This document shows positions 24,725-35,356 of a DNA stretch of 64,000 nucleotides, piece after piece. Each line of letters begins with the position of its first letter. Positions within the stretch are counted from its first letter, which is position 1. The position numbers were made by a program, and so were the translations under genes. Location: contig CM052821.1 in assembly GCA_028534125.1 (NCBI GenBank), forward strand, positions 55,614,001 to 55,678,000, in the 5' to 3' direction. The notes below the pieces were generated by a model. It was given only the letters and a program-made list of their open reading frames with translations, ran no database searches and was not told the origin of the DNA. The stretch is from Lama glama (Eukaryota).

Positions 24725-25527
24725 GCATCTTTACTGAGAGATAATCCCCATACCACACAACTCGGCACTTCCGTGGGTTTTAGCGTGCGTGTGGAGCTGT
24801 GTGGCCCTCACTACAGCATGTGTCAGACCTCAGAGGAAACCCTGGGCCCGGGGGCCGTCGCTCCCCACCCCCTGGCCTCCCTCCCCGCCGCTTGAGGCAC
24901 CACGGATCTGTCTGTCTGTCTGTGGATTTGCCTGTTCCGGGCGTCTCGTGTGGAAGGAGTCACACGACACTTGGCCTTTTGAGGGTGGCTTCTTTCACTT
25001 AGGTGATATTTTCCAGGCTCATCCAAGTTGTCGTGTGGACCCTTCAGCCCTTTTTCTGGCCAAATACTATTCCTCTGTAGGGATAGGCCGCGCTTTGTTT
25101 ATCCACCCGTCAGTTGATGACTGTTTGGAGTGTTTCTACTTTTTGGCTGCCATGGACACTCGTGTGTGCGTGCTTTTGCGTGGTTCCTTTTTCATTCCTG
25201 TTGGGTATCTGCCTAGGAGTGGACTCGCTGTGTCCCGAGGTGACTCCGCTTAACCCCTTAAGGAACTGCCAGACGGTTTTCCAAGGGGGCTGCAGCATTT
25301 TACATCCCCTCGGCAGTCATGTTTCTCCTGCACTGTTTACTCCAGCCGTCCGAGTGGCTATGAAGTGGCATCTCATTGTGGTTTCAATTTCCCTGATGGC
25401 TAGTGATTTTGAGCATCTTTTCATGTGCTTATTGGCTATTTGTGCATCTTCCTTGAAGAAATATCTCTTCAGATCCTTTGGCCCATCTTTAATTGGGTTC
25501 TTGGTCTTTTTATTATTGATATCTTGA
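24725..25527 (-). mobile_element. L1MB-like 3' UTR and ORF2 end
   Basis: tttactgagagataatcccatacc...ggcttctttcacttag...aggaactgccagacggttttccaa...gtggcatctcattgtggtttcaatttccctgatggctagtga. Confidence 0.85.
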
Positions 25528-26937
25528 CACAATACTGTCCAAGTAACTGTGTTAAAACCAGCAGAATGAAGCAAAACAAGTGACAAGAGAAAAACTAAGA
25601 CGGTCAGATTCCTTTTGGATCAAGCACACTCAGTCCTGTGTTTCTTTCTGATGACGACATGGCCAGCTTCACCTGGTGAACAAAACACTTCCTGGAAATT
25701 TGTTCTAGAATGACGTGAGGGAGGAATCCTGCTTTGCCAGGCGCATTTCCTGCAGCACCTGCGAATGAAGCGGATGAGCGAGATACTCATTATTCGGCTA
25801 TTTTGTAAATCACAGGAGTGTTTGGTGTGGCAGTAAGTGGGGTTGCAGTGCGTGGTACTTGGGGGAAGGGTGGGGTCGTTGCTGCTGCAAGCAGCTCTTC
25901 CTGATGAAGGGACATTTGAAAGCTGGTAATAAACTAATGTTTAGAACTGTGTTTTGTCTCAGTGTAGGATGATACAGCAGTTAGTTGTAGCCCACTTTCT
26001 ACAATAAAATGCATCTCCGTTTTAATTTTTCATTCTTCTTAAAATGCTTATCCTTCCGTGTGGGGACATTTAGTGGTGCAGCCGAGTCCAGGACGCAGCA
26101 GCCACGTCCTGGTGCACTGTGTGTGTGTGGCTGTGGGGTGACTGGGCGATGAGCAGGACCGGGGGGGCAGCCAGATCCGGGCCCATCCTTTGCTTGTTGA
26201 CTGGTTGCTCTGCCCCTAGATCTGGAAGCAGGGGCGTGGTCCCTGCTCTCCTTCCAGCTGCCTAGTCACTCAGCAAGCCCTGCGCCATCCGCTCCAGGTA
26301 CAGGTGTTTCTTCTCACTGAAACCCACGTCCGGTCATGACGCCTCTGAAGTCTTTGCTTAGCCCTCCCCCGGCCCCCATCAGCCCCTCGGCTCCTGTGTC
26401 CAACCCAGGTGGGTGGCACGCCGCACTGGCCTCTGTGTGCTCCAGGCCCCACCTCCCTCTCCAGCCTGAGTCCTCGCGGGCACCCCTCCCCGCCCCACGC
26501 GGGTGCCCGGGCCGCGCCCTGTGCAGCTACCCACGGAGGTTGTGTGTGCGGGCTCTTGGCCTGCACTTTACGGAGCTAATTTTTATCAGAGTCATCCATG
26601 CACCTGACTTGAAAAATGAAATGTCATCTAAGACACCCTGGAAACAGTAGTCCCTGCGTCCCATCCCCACTGACTGTCGCTTTATCTCTTGGTGTGAGAA
26701 GGTACTTTCCTTTATATTTCTAAATACTGTGCAGAGCCTGTGGAGTTTTACAGTCTAGCTAAATGATCGCCTGTCTATCTGGGAGTAGGGAGATAACCCG
26801 CTTACATCCCCCCCCCCCCCCCGTGCAGTTAATGTCACAGCTTTGGGGAAACTGGGATTCACTGTGCTGTTATGACTGTCGCTCTGGCTCAGTACTGAGC
26901 TGCCAGGAGCAGCCGTGTGTTACTTCGTTTTATCCTC

Positions 26938-27185
26938 TTTTTTTTAATTTTATTTTTTATGGATATAATTGATTTACAGTGTTAGTTTCAGGTGTACAGC
27001 AAATGTGACTCAGTTATACATATACACACACGTATATATTCTCTTTTCGGATTCTTTTCCATTTTATGCTGTTACAAGAAATCGAATACAGCTCCCTGTG
27101 CTCTACAGTAGGTCCTTGTTGTTTGTCTATTCTGTTCATACAAGTGTGTATCTGTTAATCCCCAACTCCTAATCTATCCCTCCCC
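26938..27185 (-). mobile_element. Artiodactyl/camelid-type L1 3' end, 5'-truncated
   Basis: T-rich tail, then atataattgatttacagtgttagtttcaggtgtacagc...ctccctgtgctctacagtaggtccttgttg. Confidence 0.85.
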
Positions 27186-28004
27186 TGGAGCTGTTTCTGC
27201 GGAGAGGCGGGGGCTCCTGTGGGGGGGTCTCGCTGCCTCCTGGGCCTGGGGAGGGGCCCACTGGGGGCTCTCTGCGGGAGCAGGTGTGCGCCCTCACCAC
27301 TCTGCTAAGTCCGCGCCCACTCTCTCTTCCGCTCCCCATCGCCCCGGTTTCTGTTGGCATTTCTTGTCTGCTCCTGTCTCCTCACTGCCCTTGTCTTTGC
27401 TGGTAGCATTATTCCTTCACTGTTGATGAGGTGGAGGGTGGGGGCAGAGATAAATCTACTAGGTTGTAACTTGGCTTCAAGGTGCCTCTCAAGCAGCAAC
27501 TCCTTCCTGATGTCACCTTCTCCAGGGAGGGGCCCCACTCTGCCCTGGTGTCCCTCATCCCCAGTGCACCCCTTCGCACTTGCACTCCTGGGTGCTCCTC
27601 CCTCCTTGCCAGTGAGCCCCCGGCGGGGAGGAATGGGGTCTCCCCCTGCCTCCTGAGGCTCCCTCAGAGCCGCTGTGTGTTCACCGACTGGATAAACCCA
27701 TGTGTGCGATGGACTCGGAGTGGGGCCGTGTTTACGTGGCTTTGGCCCCGGAGGCAACCACACAGGGGCGCTCAGTGAATGCTGCTCAGAAGGGGTGATT
27801 TACGAGCCGCCCCGTGGCTTTCAGGAACGAGAAGTGCGCTTGTCCTGCAGGCGCTTCTGGTGCCGGGGGCAGCTCAGCCTCTGGGTTAGACTCGCTTGGG
27901 AGCCCCGGCGATCGAAACGGACACACGCGTCTTGTTCCTGTTCAGTGTTTCTCCTCGGTTCTGTTGCCGCAGAAGGTTTAAAAAATAAGAATGGAAACCA
28001 GTAG

Positions 28005-28205
28005 AGAAGAGATGCAGATCCTGACTCCTGCATGTAAAACGGACGGACAAGGCGCTGCCGAGCGGCATGGGGAGCTCTGCTCTGCACCTTGTCGTGACCT
28101 GTGGTGAGAAAGGACGCGACGGGGGCGTGCGTCTCGTGCGACTGAGTCACTGTGCCGCGCACCGGAAACCAGCGCAACACTGCACAGCAGCTACACTTCA
28201 GTTAA
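28005..28205 (+). mobile_element. Camelid-type L1 3' end, heavily GC-shifted
   Basis: Colinear with the reverse complement of the 52722-52959 copy, e.g. gactgagtcactgtgccgcgcacc vs gactgaagcactgtgctgtacacc. Confidence 0.7.
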
Positions 28206-28989
28206 GGACAGAGATGAGTACTCGTTAAAGAAAAAAAGAACCAGCTTAAATTATGGGTTGATTTTTCTGTTATTCCTGGCTTTTCAGAAAAAAGGAACTT
28301 ACAATCATTGGGAGCTCCCGCATACACCACTTTGTGACAGGTTTCTGGTTCAGCCTCAAATGCGGTGTTTTACGTCCAGTTAGGATGGATGTGTCTCAGG
28401 GGCTGTGTGGTTTGGCGCGTGGGGAGCAGTTACCTCAACAAGCGTGACAGACTCGTGCCCTCGCGTTTGCAGCGTCTGTCACTGTCTACAGGTGCTTCCC
28501 CACGTGTCGTCCCCTTGGTCCTTGTGAAAGTTCTGTGACTTGAGCAAGTCGGGTATTTTTGTTTTGTTACAAGTTTAAGAGGAAGAAACCGGAGCTCAAG
28601 GTAGGTTAGGAGGGCTGAGCGAGGCAAGCCGCGCAGATTCTTGCTGGCCAAGCTGGGCCTCGAGCCCGGGTCCGTCGGCTCCACGACCAGTGTTTGTCCC
28701 TCTGTTCCGTTCTGCTTCCTTCGGTCGGAGTGTCTGCTCGGACAGGCTCCTGGGAGTTTTATTGAGAAGAAAAGGCTCGCGACACAGGAGTCTGGAATTA
28801 CCATACTGGTGGTGTTTTCATAAAAATATTTACAAATTTTATTCTTTTAGAAAGTGTACTGTTGTCGAAGAAAGAAATTCTATTTATCATTCATTTTCTG
28901 CTTATTAAATTTTTTCTATCGCTTCCGTTTTCTCTCTTCAAGGACTAGTGATTTTGCAGTCTGATTGCAAGAAATGTGGGGACAGAAAG

Positions 28990-30490
28990 CTGAAAGAAAA
29001 GCCAAAATACATGCTTTAAACATAAGGACTCAGGCAGTTGAAATAAAAGGGTTGGAAAAAATATGCCAGAGAAGTATTAATCGTAAGAAAACTGATTTGC
29101 TTATAATAGTGTCAGGAAAAATAAACATCGAGGCAAGTTTTATTGGAGACAACAAGGGGTGTTTCATCATGATGAAGGGTTCAACTCATGAAGTAGAGAT
29201 ACCGTTCCTAAATGTGCAGGTCCCTAGTAATACAGCTCATGACGCATGAAGCAAACACAGGTGGAAATACAGAGAGGCAAATTCACAATCGTAGGCAGAC
29301 ATTTTAACACTCTTCCCTGAGTAACTGATAGAATGGGTACATTTAGAAAATCAGTAAAGATTTGGAAGACATGGATAGCACTGTGAGCCAACTGGATCTA
29401 ACTGGTTTGTAGAACACCACACCACCGACTGGAGAGCGCAGGGTCTTCTCATGGACGCACGGCACGTTCACCAAGTGGGCCACACGCTCTGCCAGAACAG
29501 GGCGTGATAGACATCAGAGCGGTCGAAGCGCTGAAGTAGTGCCAAGTCCATCTGACCGGATGCTTGGTCTAGTACGACACCCAGGAAGTCCTCAAGTATT
29601 TGGAGATTTGTCAGCATACGTCTAAGTAACTCACGGATCAAAGAAATCACAAGGGAAATTGGGAAGTATTTCCAACTGAATGATAATGGCAGCACATATC
29701 AAAATGTGTGTGATGCAACTAAAATCGTGCTTGAAGGGAAATTTGTGCCTTTAAATGCCTCTATTAGAAAAGAATAGGAGTTCAAATCAGTGATCAAAGC
29801 GTCCACCTTAAGAAGTTAGGGAAAGAGGAGGAAATTAACTAAAACCAAGTAGAAGAAGGGAAATAAAATAAGGGTGGAAGTCAGTAGACTGGCAAATGGA
29901 TAAACAAGAGCAAGAGCCAACTAAGTCTAAAATTAGGTTTTTGAAAAGGTCAATAAAAACTTTTAGTTAGAGTTGACCAGTGGGAAAAAAGAGAACACAC
30001 AAATTTCCAGCGTCCGAAAGGAAAGAGGAAACATCACTACAGACCCTACAGACATTACAGAAGAAAAAGGGGATATTGTTTACAACTTCATGCCAATAAA
30101 TTCAAGAACTCACACGAAGTGGACGTATTTCTTGAGAGATCTGACCCAACAACCCAAACTGATTTAAGAGGAAATGGGAAACTTTTGTATCCCTGTAGCA
30201 ATTTTAAAAACACATTTGTACAAAAAAACCAAAAACCAAAAAACACCTTCATGAGAGGAAAGTGTCAGGGTCCAATGGCTTTTAGTGAACACTGTCAAAC
30301 AGGGAAGAAACAGTACCAGTTCTCCAGACGCTCTCTGAGAAGAGGGAGGGGAAAACACTTCTCAGCTCATTTCATTAAAGCAGCCTGACCCTGATACTGA
30401 ACCGTTACAGAGACATCGTAAGAAAAGGAAACTAGCGACCAGTCTCCCTGATGAATATAGACAAAACGTGGCCTTAAAATATGTTAATAC
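28990..30490 (+). mobile_element. Degenerate L1 ORF2 (endonuclease domain to start of RT) of an ancient L1M element
   Basis: ORF 28965..29249 (IKGLEKICQRSINRKK...GDNKGCFIMMKGSTHEVEIPFLNVQVPSN) aligns by eye to L1 ORF2p endonuclease. Downstream RKERGNITTDPTDI is also ORF2-like. Many stops and frameshifts. Confidence 0.88.
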
Positions 30491-31324
30491 GTTGACTTCT
30501 GCTTTGACTCGTGGAGGATTAACTGCCAAAGGAATCGCTCTCCTGTTGTAACAGCTGGAAGACTGCACCAGGTTTGTGAAACAGCTGCCTTTGGACCGCG
30601 TAGAGCAGGCAATGCGGGACCCTGAGCCCCGCGAGAAGGGGACAAACGGGGTGAGCTTCGCATTCACTCCCGTGTACAGTGGGAGACGGTTTGCAGGCCG
30701 CAGCACAGGGAGGGGACCGGGGACTGGAGTCCAGAAAGCAGGAAGGGGGTTCCAGAGGCCGAGACAGAATGCATGGAATAGGACGCTGCAGAGCAGGGAG
30801 CTACCAGAGGTAGAGCCCGGGTGTCTGCAGAGGGTCCCTCCCAGTCCTTGGCGGGTGCTGATCTGTCACGGGTGGGGTGACATTCCATGCACCAGGGGAA
30901 GAGTCAGTGGAACAACACCTGGAGCCGCCGTGGTGCTGGCCATGGGGTGTAGCTGGCCATTGCTCTCTGCAGCTCCCTGGGACTGGAAGGTCACTGTCTC
31001 GTGGCTGAACGTGGGAGAAACCCTGTGTGAGCTGAGTGTGGGGCAGCGTCTGCAGGAGCCTATGTGGCAGGCACAGGGGGACCTGGGCCAGAGCAGCCCC
31101 CCTTCTGTCCCCCTTCACTCTGCTGAGACGGAGGACTTCCTGCCAGCTGGCCAAGCAGAAATACTTCCGGGGCCCAGGTCCATCACCACAGAGGCAATAA
31201 ATTGCTAACTGGCACAACTGGCATTCAAAAAAAAAAAAAAAAAAGAAAAAAAAAGAGGCACGTAAGGAGCCGGGAAGATGTGACCCAGGATCAGAAGGAA
31301 GGTCAACCATAGAAGCAGACCCAC

Positions 31325-31860
31325 AGATCAGCAACAAAAACATGAGCAGCCCAATCAAAAGCTGGGCGGAGGATTTCAGTGCAAACTTCACAGAAGGGAT
31401 GGAAGTGGCCGGTGAGCACGTGGAAGTCTGTTCAACTGCAGCATCATTAGTCATCGCGGAACGGCTAGTTAACTCGTAATGAGATGCCATCTAACACTGA
31501 GTAGAATGGCTAAATTGAAAGTCCGACAAACACTAAAATTGGACCAGGATGTGGGAGCGGTGAAACTCTCACACGTTAATGGTGGGAGCTGTAAAATGGT
31601 ACAACCACTTTGAAGGACCATAGGGCAGTTTTTTTTTTTTTAACATTTTTTAAATTGAGTTACAGTCATTTTACAATGTTGTGTCAAATCATAGGGCAGT
31701 TTTTTAATGAAGTTAAGCATGAACTTAGCATGAGCCAGCAGTCCCACGACTTCCTGTTTGCCTAATGGAGATAGAAGCGTAGCCTCGTGCAGCAGTGTGC
31801 ACAGGAGCGCTCACGGCAGCTTGCCACGGAGGGAGAGCTTGCCAGGAGCCCAGATGTCTC
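31325..31860 (+). mobile_element. Old L1 ORF2 C-terminal and 3' region
   Basis: agcagcccaatcaaaagctgggc...cttcacagaagggatgg...agtagaatggctaaattgaaag...tgtaaaatggtacaaccactttg. Confidence 0.75.
31635..31689 (-). mobile_element. Very short young camelid L1 3' terminus with a perfect 16-bp TSD
   Basis: catagggcagtttttt at 31619-31634 and 31690-31705 flank tttttttaacattttttaaattgagttacagtcattttacaatgttgtgtcaaat. Confidence 0.85.
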
Positions 31861-32103
31861 TGGACAGGCGATCTCTTCACCTTGGTTTTGCTCTTGCAAC
31901 CCTACTGTCTTAATTGCTGTGGCTCTGGGGTGCGTTTCCTTGTGTGTGAAGGCAAGTTCTTGTACATTACTCTTTTTGGAGATTTTATGGGCTGTTCTTA
32001 TGCACTTGCTCTTCCAGACGATCCTTGGGTCAGCTCACTAAGTTTCAGAACACATACAGTGAAGCCTTTTGGAATTTTGATTGGCTTTGCATTGAACGTG
32101 AAG

Positions 32104-32203
32104 NNNNNNNNNNNNNNNNNNNNNNNNNNNNNNNNNNNNNNNNNNNNNNNNNNNNNNNNNNNNNNNNNNNNNNNNNNNNNNNNNNNNNNNNNNNNNNNNN
32201 NNN
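32104..32203. other. Assembly gap (100 N, true size unknown)
   Basis: Run of exactly 100 n. Confidence 0.99.
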
Positions 32204-32441
32204 AATCTTGTTTATCTATTCTACAATTTTGAAATCCCAGTCTATCCCTTCCCACCCTCTACCCCCCTGGTAACCACAAGTCTGTATTCTCTGTCCATGA
32301 GTCTTTAGATTCCACATATGAGCGATCTCATATGGTATTTTTCTTTCTCTTTCTGGCTTACTTCACTTAGAATGACATTCTCTAGGAGCATCCATGTTGC
32401 TGTAAATGGCGTTATGTTGTCGGTTTTTATGGCTGAGTAGT
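32204..32441 (-). mobile_element. Young camelid L1 3' UTR fragment running into the gap
   Basis: aatcttgtttatctattctacaattttgaaatcccagtc...ggtaaccacaagtc...tttagattccacatatgagcgatctcatatgg...ggctgagtagta. Confidence 0.85.
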
Positions 32442-32579
32442 ATAAGATTTTTTTTTTAATTGATGAACTTGAGCATTTTTGTAGGCGATGGTGACGGCGT
32501 TGTGATTTTGAGTCTTAGCTCTACTGATACATCGTTTGTGTCTTCTTGCTTTTGTGGCCTAACTATCTCTTTGCTCATT

Positions 32580-33015
32580 GTTCCTCTTTCACTGTCACCA
32601 TCCTAGCCACCACGACCTCTGCACTGGGCTTCGTAAGTAGCCCATGAAGTGGTCTCCTTGTGCCCACTGGCCTCCCAATCTGTTTTGCACGCTGTGGTCA
32701 AGGCTTTGCATTAGCTGTTCCTGGGTTAGAATTTTCCCGCTCCAGCCCCCTCGTCACTCAGTTAATTCTTCCTCATCTGTAGGTCTTACTTCAGTTGTCA
32801 CGTCCCCAAGGAACCCTTCCCAAGTAGGTAAACCTTTCCACTTAGGATTCATTGCCCTCCTTACCTCTTCTAAGCACTTGGTCCGGTTGTAAGTTTACAC
32901 TTGCTGCTTCCTAGGAGCAGAGAGTGAGTCCTCTGAGCAGGGGGGGCTTTGTAATTCCCGTACCCCTGGCCTAGTGCCCGCCCGGAGGACGTGCTCCTTG
33001 AATGCTTGTTCATGT
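32580..33015 (+). mobile_element. L2 3' fragment
   Basis: Resembles the L2 3' end, finishing cctagtgcccgcccggaggacgtgctccttgaatgcttgttcatg. Confidence 0.5.
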
Positions 33016-33869
33016 CGGTGAGCTTGGTGTTTTCCTCTGTTTCTTTACGTCTTTATGTAAAACCCTGTGGTTTTCTGCGTATGGTATTGTGCATTTCTTA
33101 TTAAGCTTGTGCCTCTAATATTTTCTGTTTATGCTTTTGTCAGTAGAGAAAAACTATTGGTTTTTGACTCTTGTGTCTGCCATCTTGCCAAGCACAGAAC
33201 CCTGGTTCCTGCCTGTCTCCTGGTACTTCCTGCCTCCCCCTGCTGGCCTTGTCCTCAGGCTGGTCAGTTGCTGGGTGACGGCAGCAGCTCCAGCCTCACA
33301 TCTGACCCTAGCAACCTTCAAAGGAAGCAAAAGAGGGTGGCCTCCAAAGGATTACCCAGCAGCAGCGAGGAGCCTCCTCAGAGCCCCCAGCTAACTTGCC
33401 CTGCCTGCTCAGTGGCTCAACTAGGGTCCCAGGGCCACTGGTGAGGGCGTGCCTTAGCTCTGCACCTGCCAGCCAGCCCTGACTTTGCAGTGGTGTGAGT
33501 GGGGTCACCTTCCCCTGGGCGGCTGGGGGAGGTGTGGTCACTGTGCACAGCCAGGATTCTTCTAGAGAGGTGGAAGGGGGAATGGGCCCTGGGTGGAAGT
33601 CTACACCGAACGTCTGTGAGAATGGTCCTGTGGCTTTTCCCATCGACCCCTTCAACACCTTAATAAAGTTACAGGGGTTCCTGGTGTGGGACCATCCTTT
33701 CATTCCTGGAGTGAATTCGACTCACGTCTCCTAGTCTGTGGACACCCAGCTGTGTTGTGATCGGCTAAGATTTTATTTTGGGCCTTTTTGTCTGTGAGAT
33801 TTGTCTGTGTTTCAAGAAGCCCTTTTAGTAATGGGGGTTAAAGGAGCAGGGAGACTCTGGGATAGGAAG

Positions 33870-34005
33870 GTCACTTAGTTCCTGTGCCACCACGGCCGAG
33901 TCACCTAACTTCTCTGAGGTGGTTCCTCCTCCACTCATTAGGGTCACAGCCCTAATTAGCTCGAGCTGTTTTGAGGATCGAATGATATACATGGAAGCTC
34001 CTTTT
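33870..34005 (+). mobile_element. MIR fragment
   Basis: ggccgagtcacctaacttctctgag...ctgttttgaggatcgaatgatatacatggaagc. Confidence 0.55.
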
Positions 34006-35285
34006 GCGCACTAAAGCTCACACCGAGTCAGTACTTTGTCTCAGACTACAGATTTCAGATACCATTTTTGTGGTTTCTTTCATGATGAGAGAGGCGCAGA
34101 GAACATTAACGGCCGAGGTGTCTGTCGGCTTTCTTCATAAACAATAATCAGAAAGCCAGGCTTGCGTGGCAGGAGAGGCCCCGGGAAGACGACTGGTAAA
34201 CACGGCGTTATTGCTGTTCGGATATGAGGTTCCTGCTTTTCATAATATCCTTAGGGAGCGGGGCAGATCTGATGCTTTCTGAGATTGCTGTAAAATGCAG
34301 GCTATTGCCCGCGCCGGCACCCAGTTACGCTGCACTCACCTTACTGAGACTGCTGTAATTGGAGACAGATTAGGTGTCAGGACTGTGTGTTTGGTTGATA
34401 ATGTTACCGACGTCTTCTCTTTAATCACTTCTTTTACTCCTAGTGTTAATCATTAGCTCTGAGCTGTTGGGGGAGGAACCTGACGGTGGATCCCTAACTT
34501 GAAGACAAAATTACTTCCATTTCCTGGGGATGACTGAGTGTCACATACCTACACACTGGAGTGGGTTCTCTAGCCATTCAGGGCGTGTGATGGAGACATG
34601 TGGGGAGACCCAGAAGGTCTCAGGGGCCCTGGTCCTTGCCCCCCAAGTGTGGCCCAGGCCCTGTCACCCCCGTCCAGGCCCCCCGTCCCTGGCCAATCCT
34701 GCCCTCCGTGACCCTCCCACGGTTTGTAGGTTTGTAGGCAGCGGTGACTTGTACACGTTGGTGTGCACTGAACCTTCACTGTCCTCGGTGTGTGTACTGT
34801 GGCTGCATCCTTAATCAGCGCTGTGCAGACAAGCGCACCCCCACGAGAGCGGGTGCTGCTCAGGACCAAGCCTGAGAGAGGCCCCTCCCTCCTTAATCAG
34901 CGAGCGAGCGGTGGCGGGATGACAGGAAGGAAACGCGTTAAGGGGTTAAGCTGGGGGAGAGGGCGCGCGGGAGAGACAGAAGGAAGTGGCTGGGGAGAAA
35001 GGAGAGATGAAGGGGCCTCCCCTGTCCCAGGGGCTCTGGGACACTTGGGTGCATTTGGTGAACAAGTGCCAAGACTTAAGTAGCTTTGTCTGAATAGAGC
35101 GGTCGCTTCACTCCTCTCCTCTATTGAGAACAATCCGTACCTGAAATTGTTACCACTTAGGTTCATTCTGCTTTCATTTCTGGGGCTCCTTGTCCCCTAG
35201 TATCCCTGGGGGAGGATGTTACAACACTGGGAGGGTTTACTCACTGTTTGTAAACCCTGTTTTTCTGTCTCTTTTCTGTCCACAG

Positions 35286-35356
35286 AAGAATTGCGGAGGT
35301 TGAGCTGGTCCGGAATCCCGAAGCCGGTGCGCCCCATCACGTGGAAGCTGCTCTCA
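35286..35356 (+). CDS. TBC1D22A: TBC1D22A coding exon (71 nt, phase 1 to 0; probable exon 5): (E)ELRRLSWSGIPKPVRPITWKLLS
   Basis: Long pyrimidine tract ending ...tgtccacag (AG 35284-35285) and donor TCA|GTAAGT at 35357. The peptide matches the start of the TBC domain of TBC1D22A as recalled; TBC1D22B differs here (approx. DELRKCSWPGVP). Confidence 0.96.

Noticed and set aside
28965-29249. Endonuclease-like ORF as a domesticated gene
   Set aside because: Short fragment of a heavily disrupted L1 ORF2, with no splice signals or intact catalytic domain.
31190-31260. AATAAA followed about 25 nt later by a long A tract, suggesting a retrocopy end or intronic polyA site
   Set aside because: The flanks (ctggcattc...aggcacgtaaggagc...gacccaggatcag) resemble a continuous old L1 segment with an expanded A run. 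It is more likely a source of oligo-dT internal priming artefacts.
32104-32203. Possibility that the gap hides a coding exon
   Set aside because: The gap is flanked by L1 sequence on both sides and most likely covers an L1 poly-T tail. Hidden content cannot be fully excluded.
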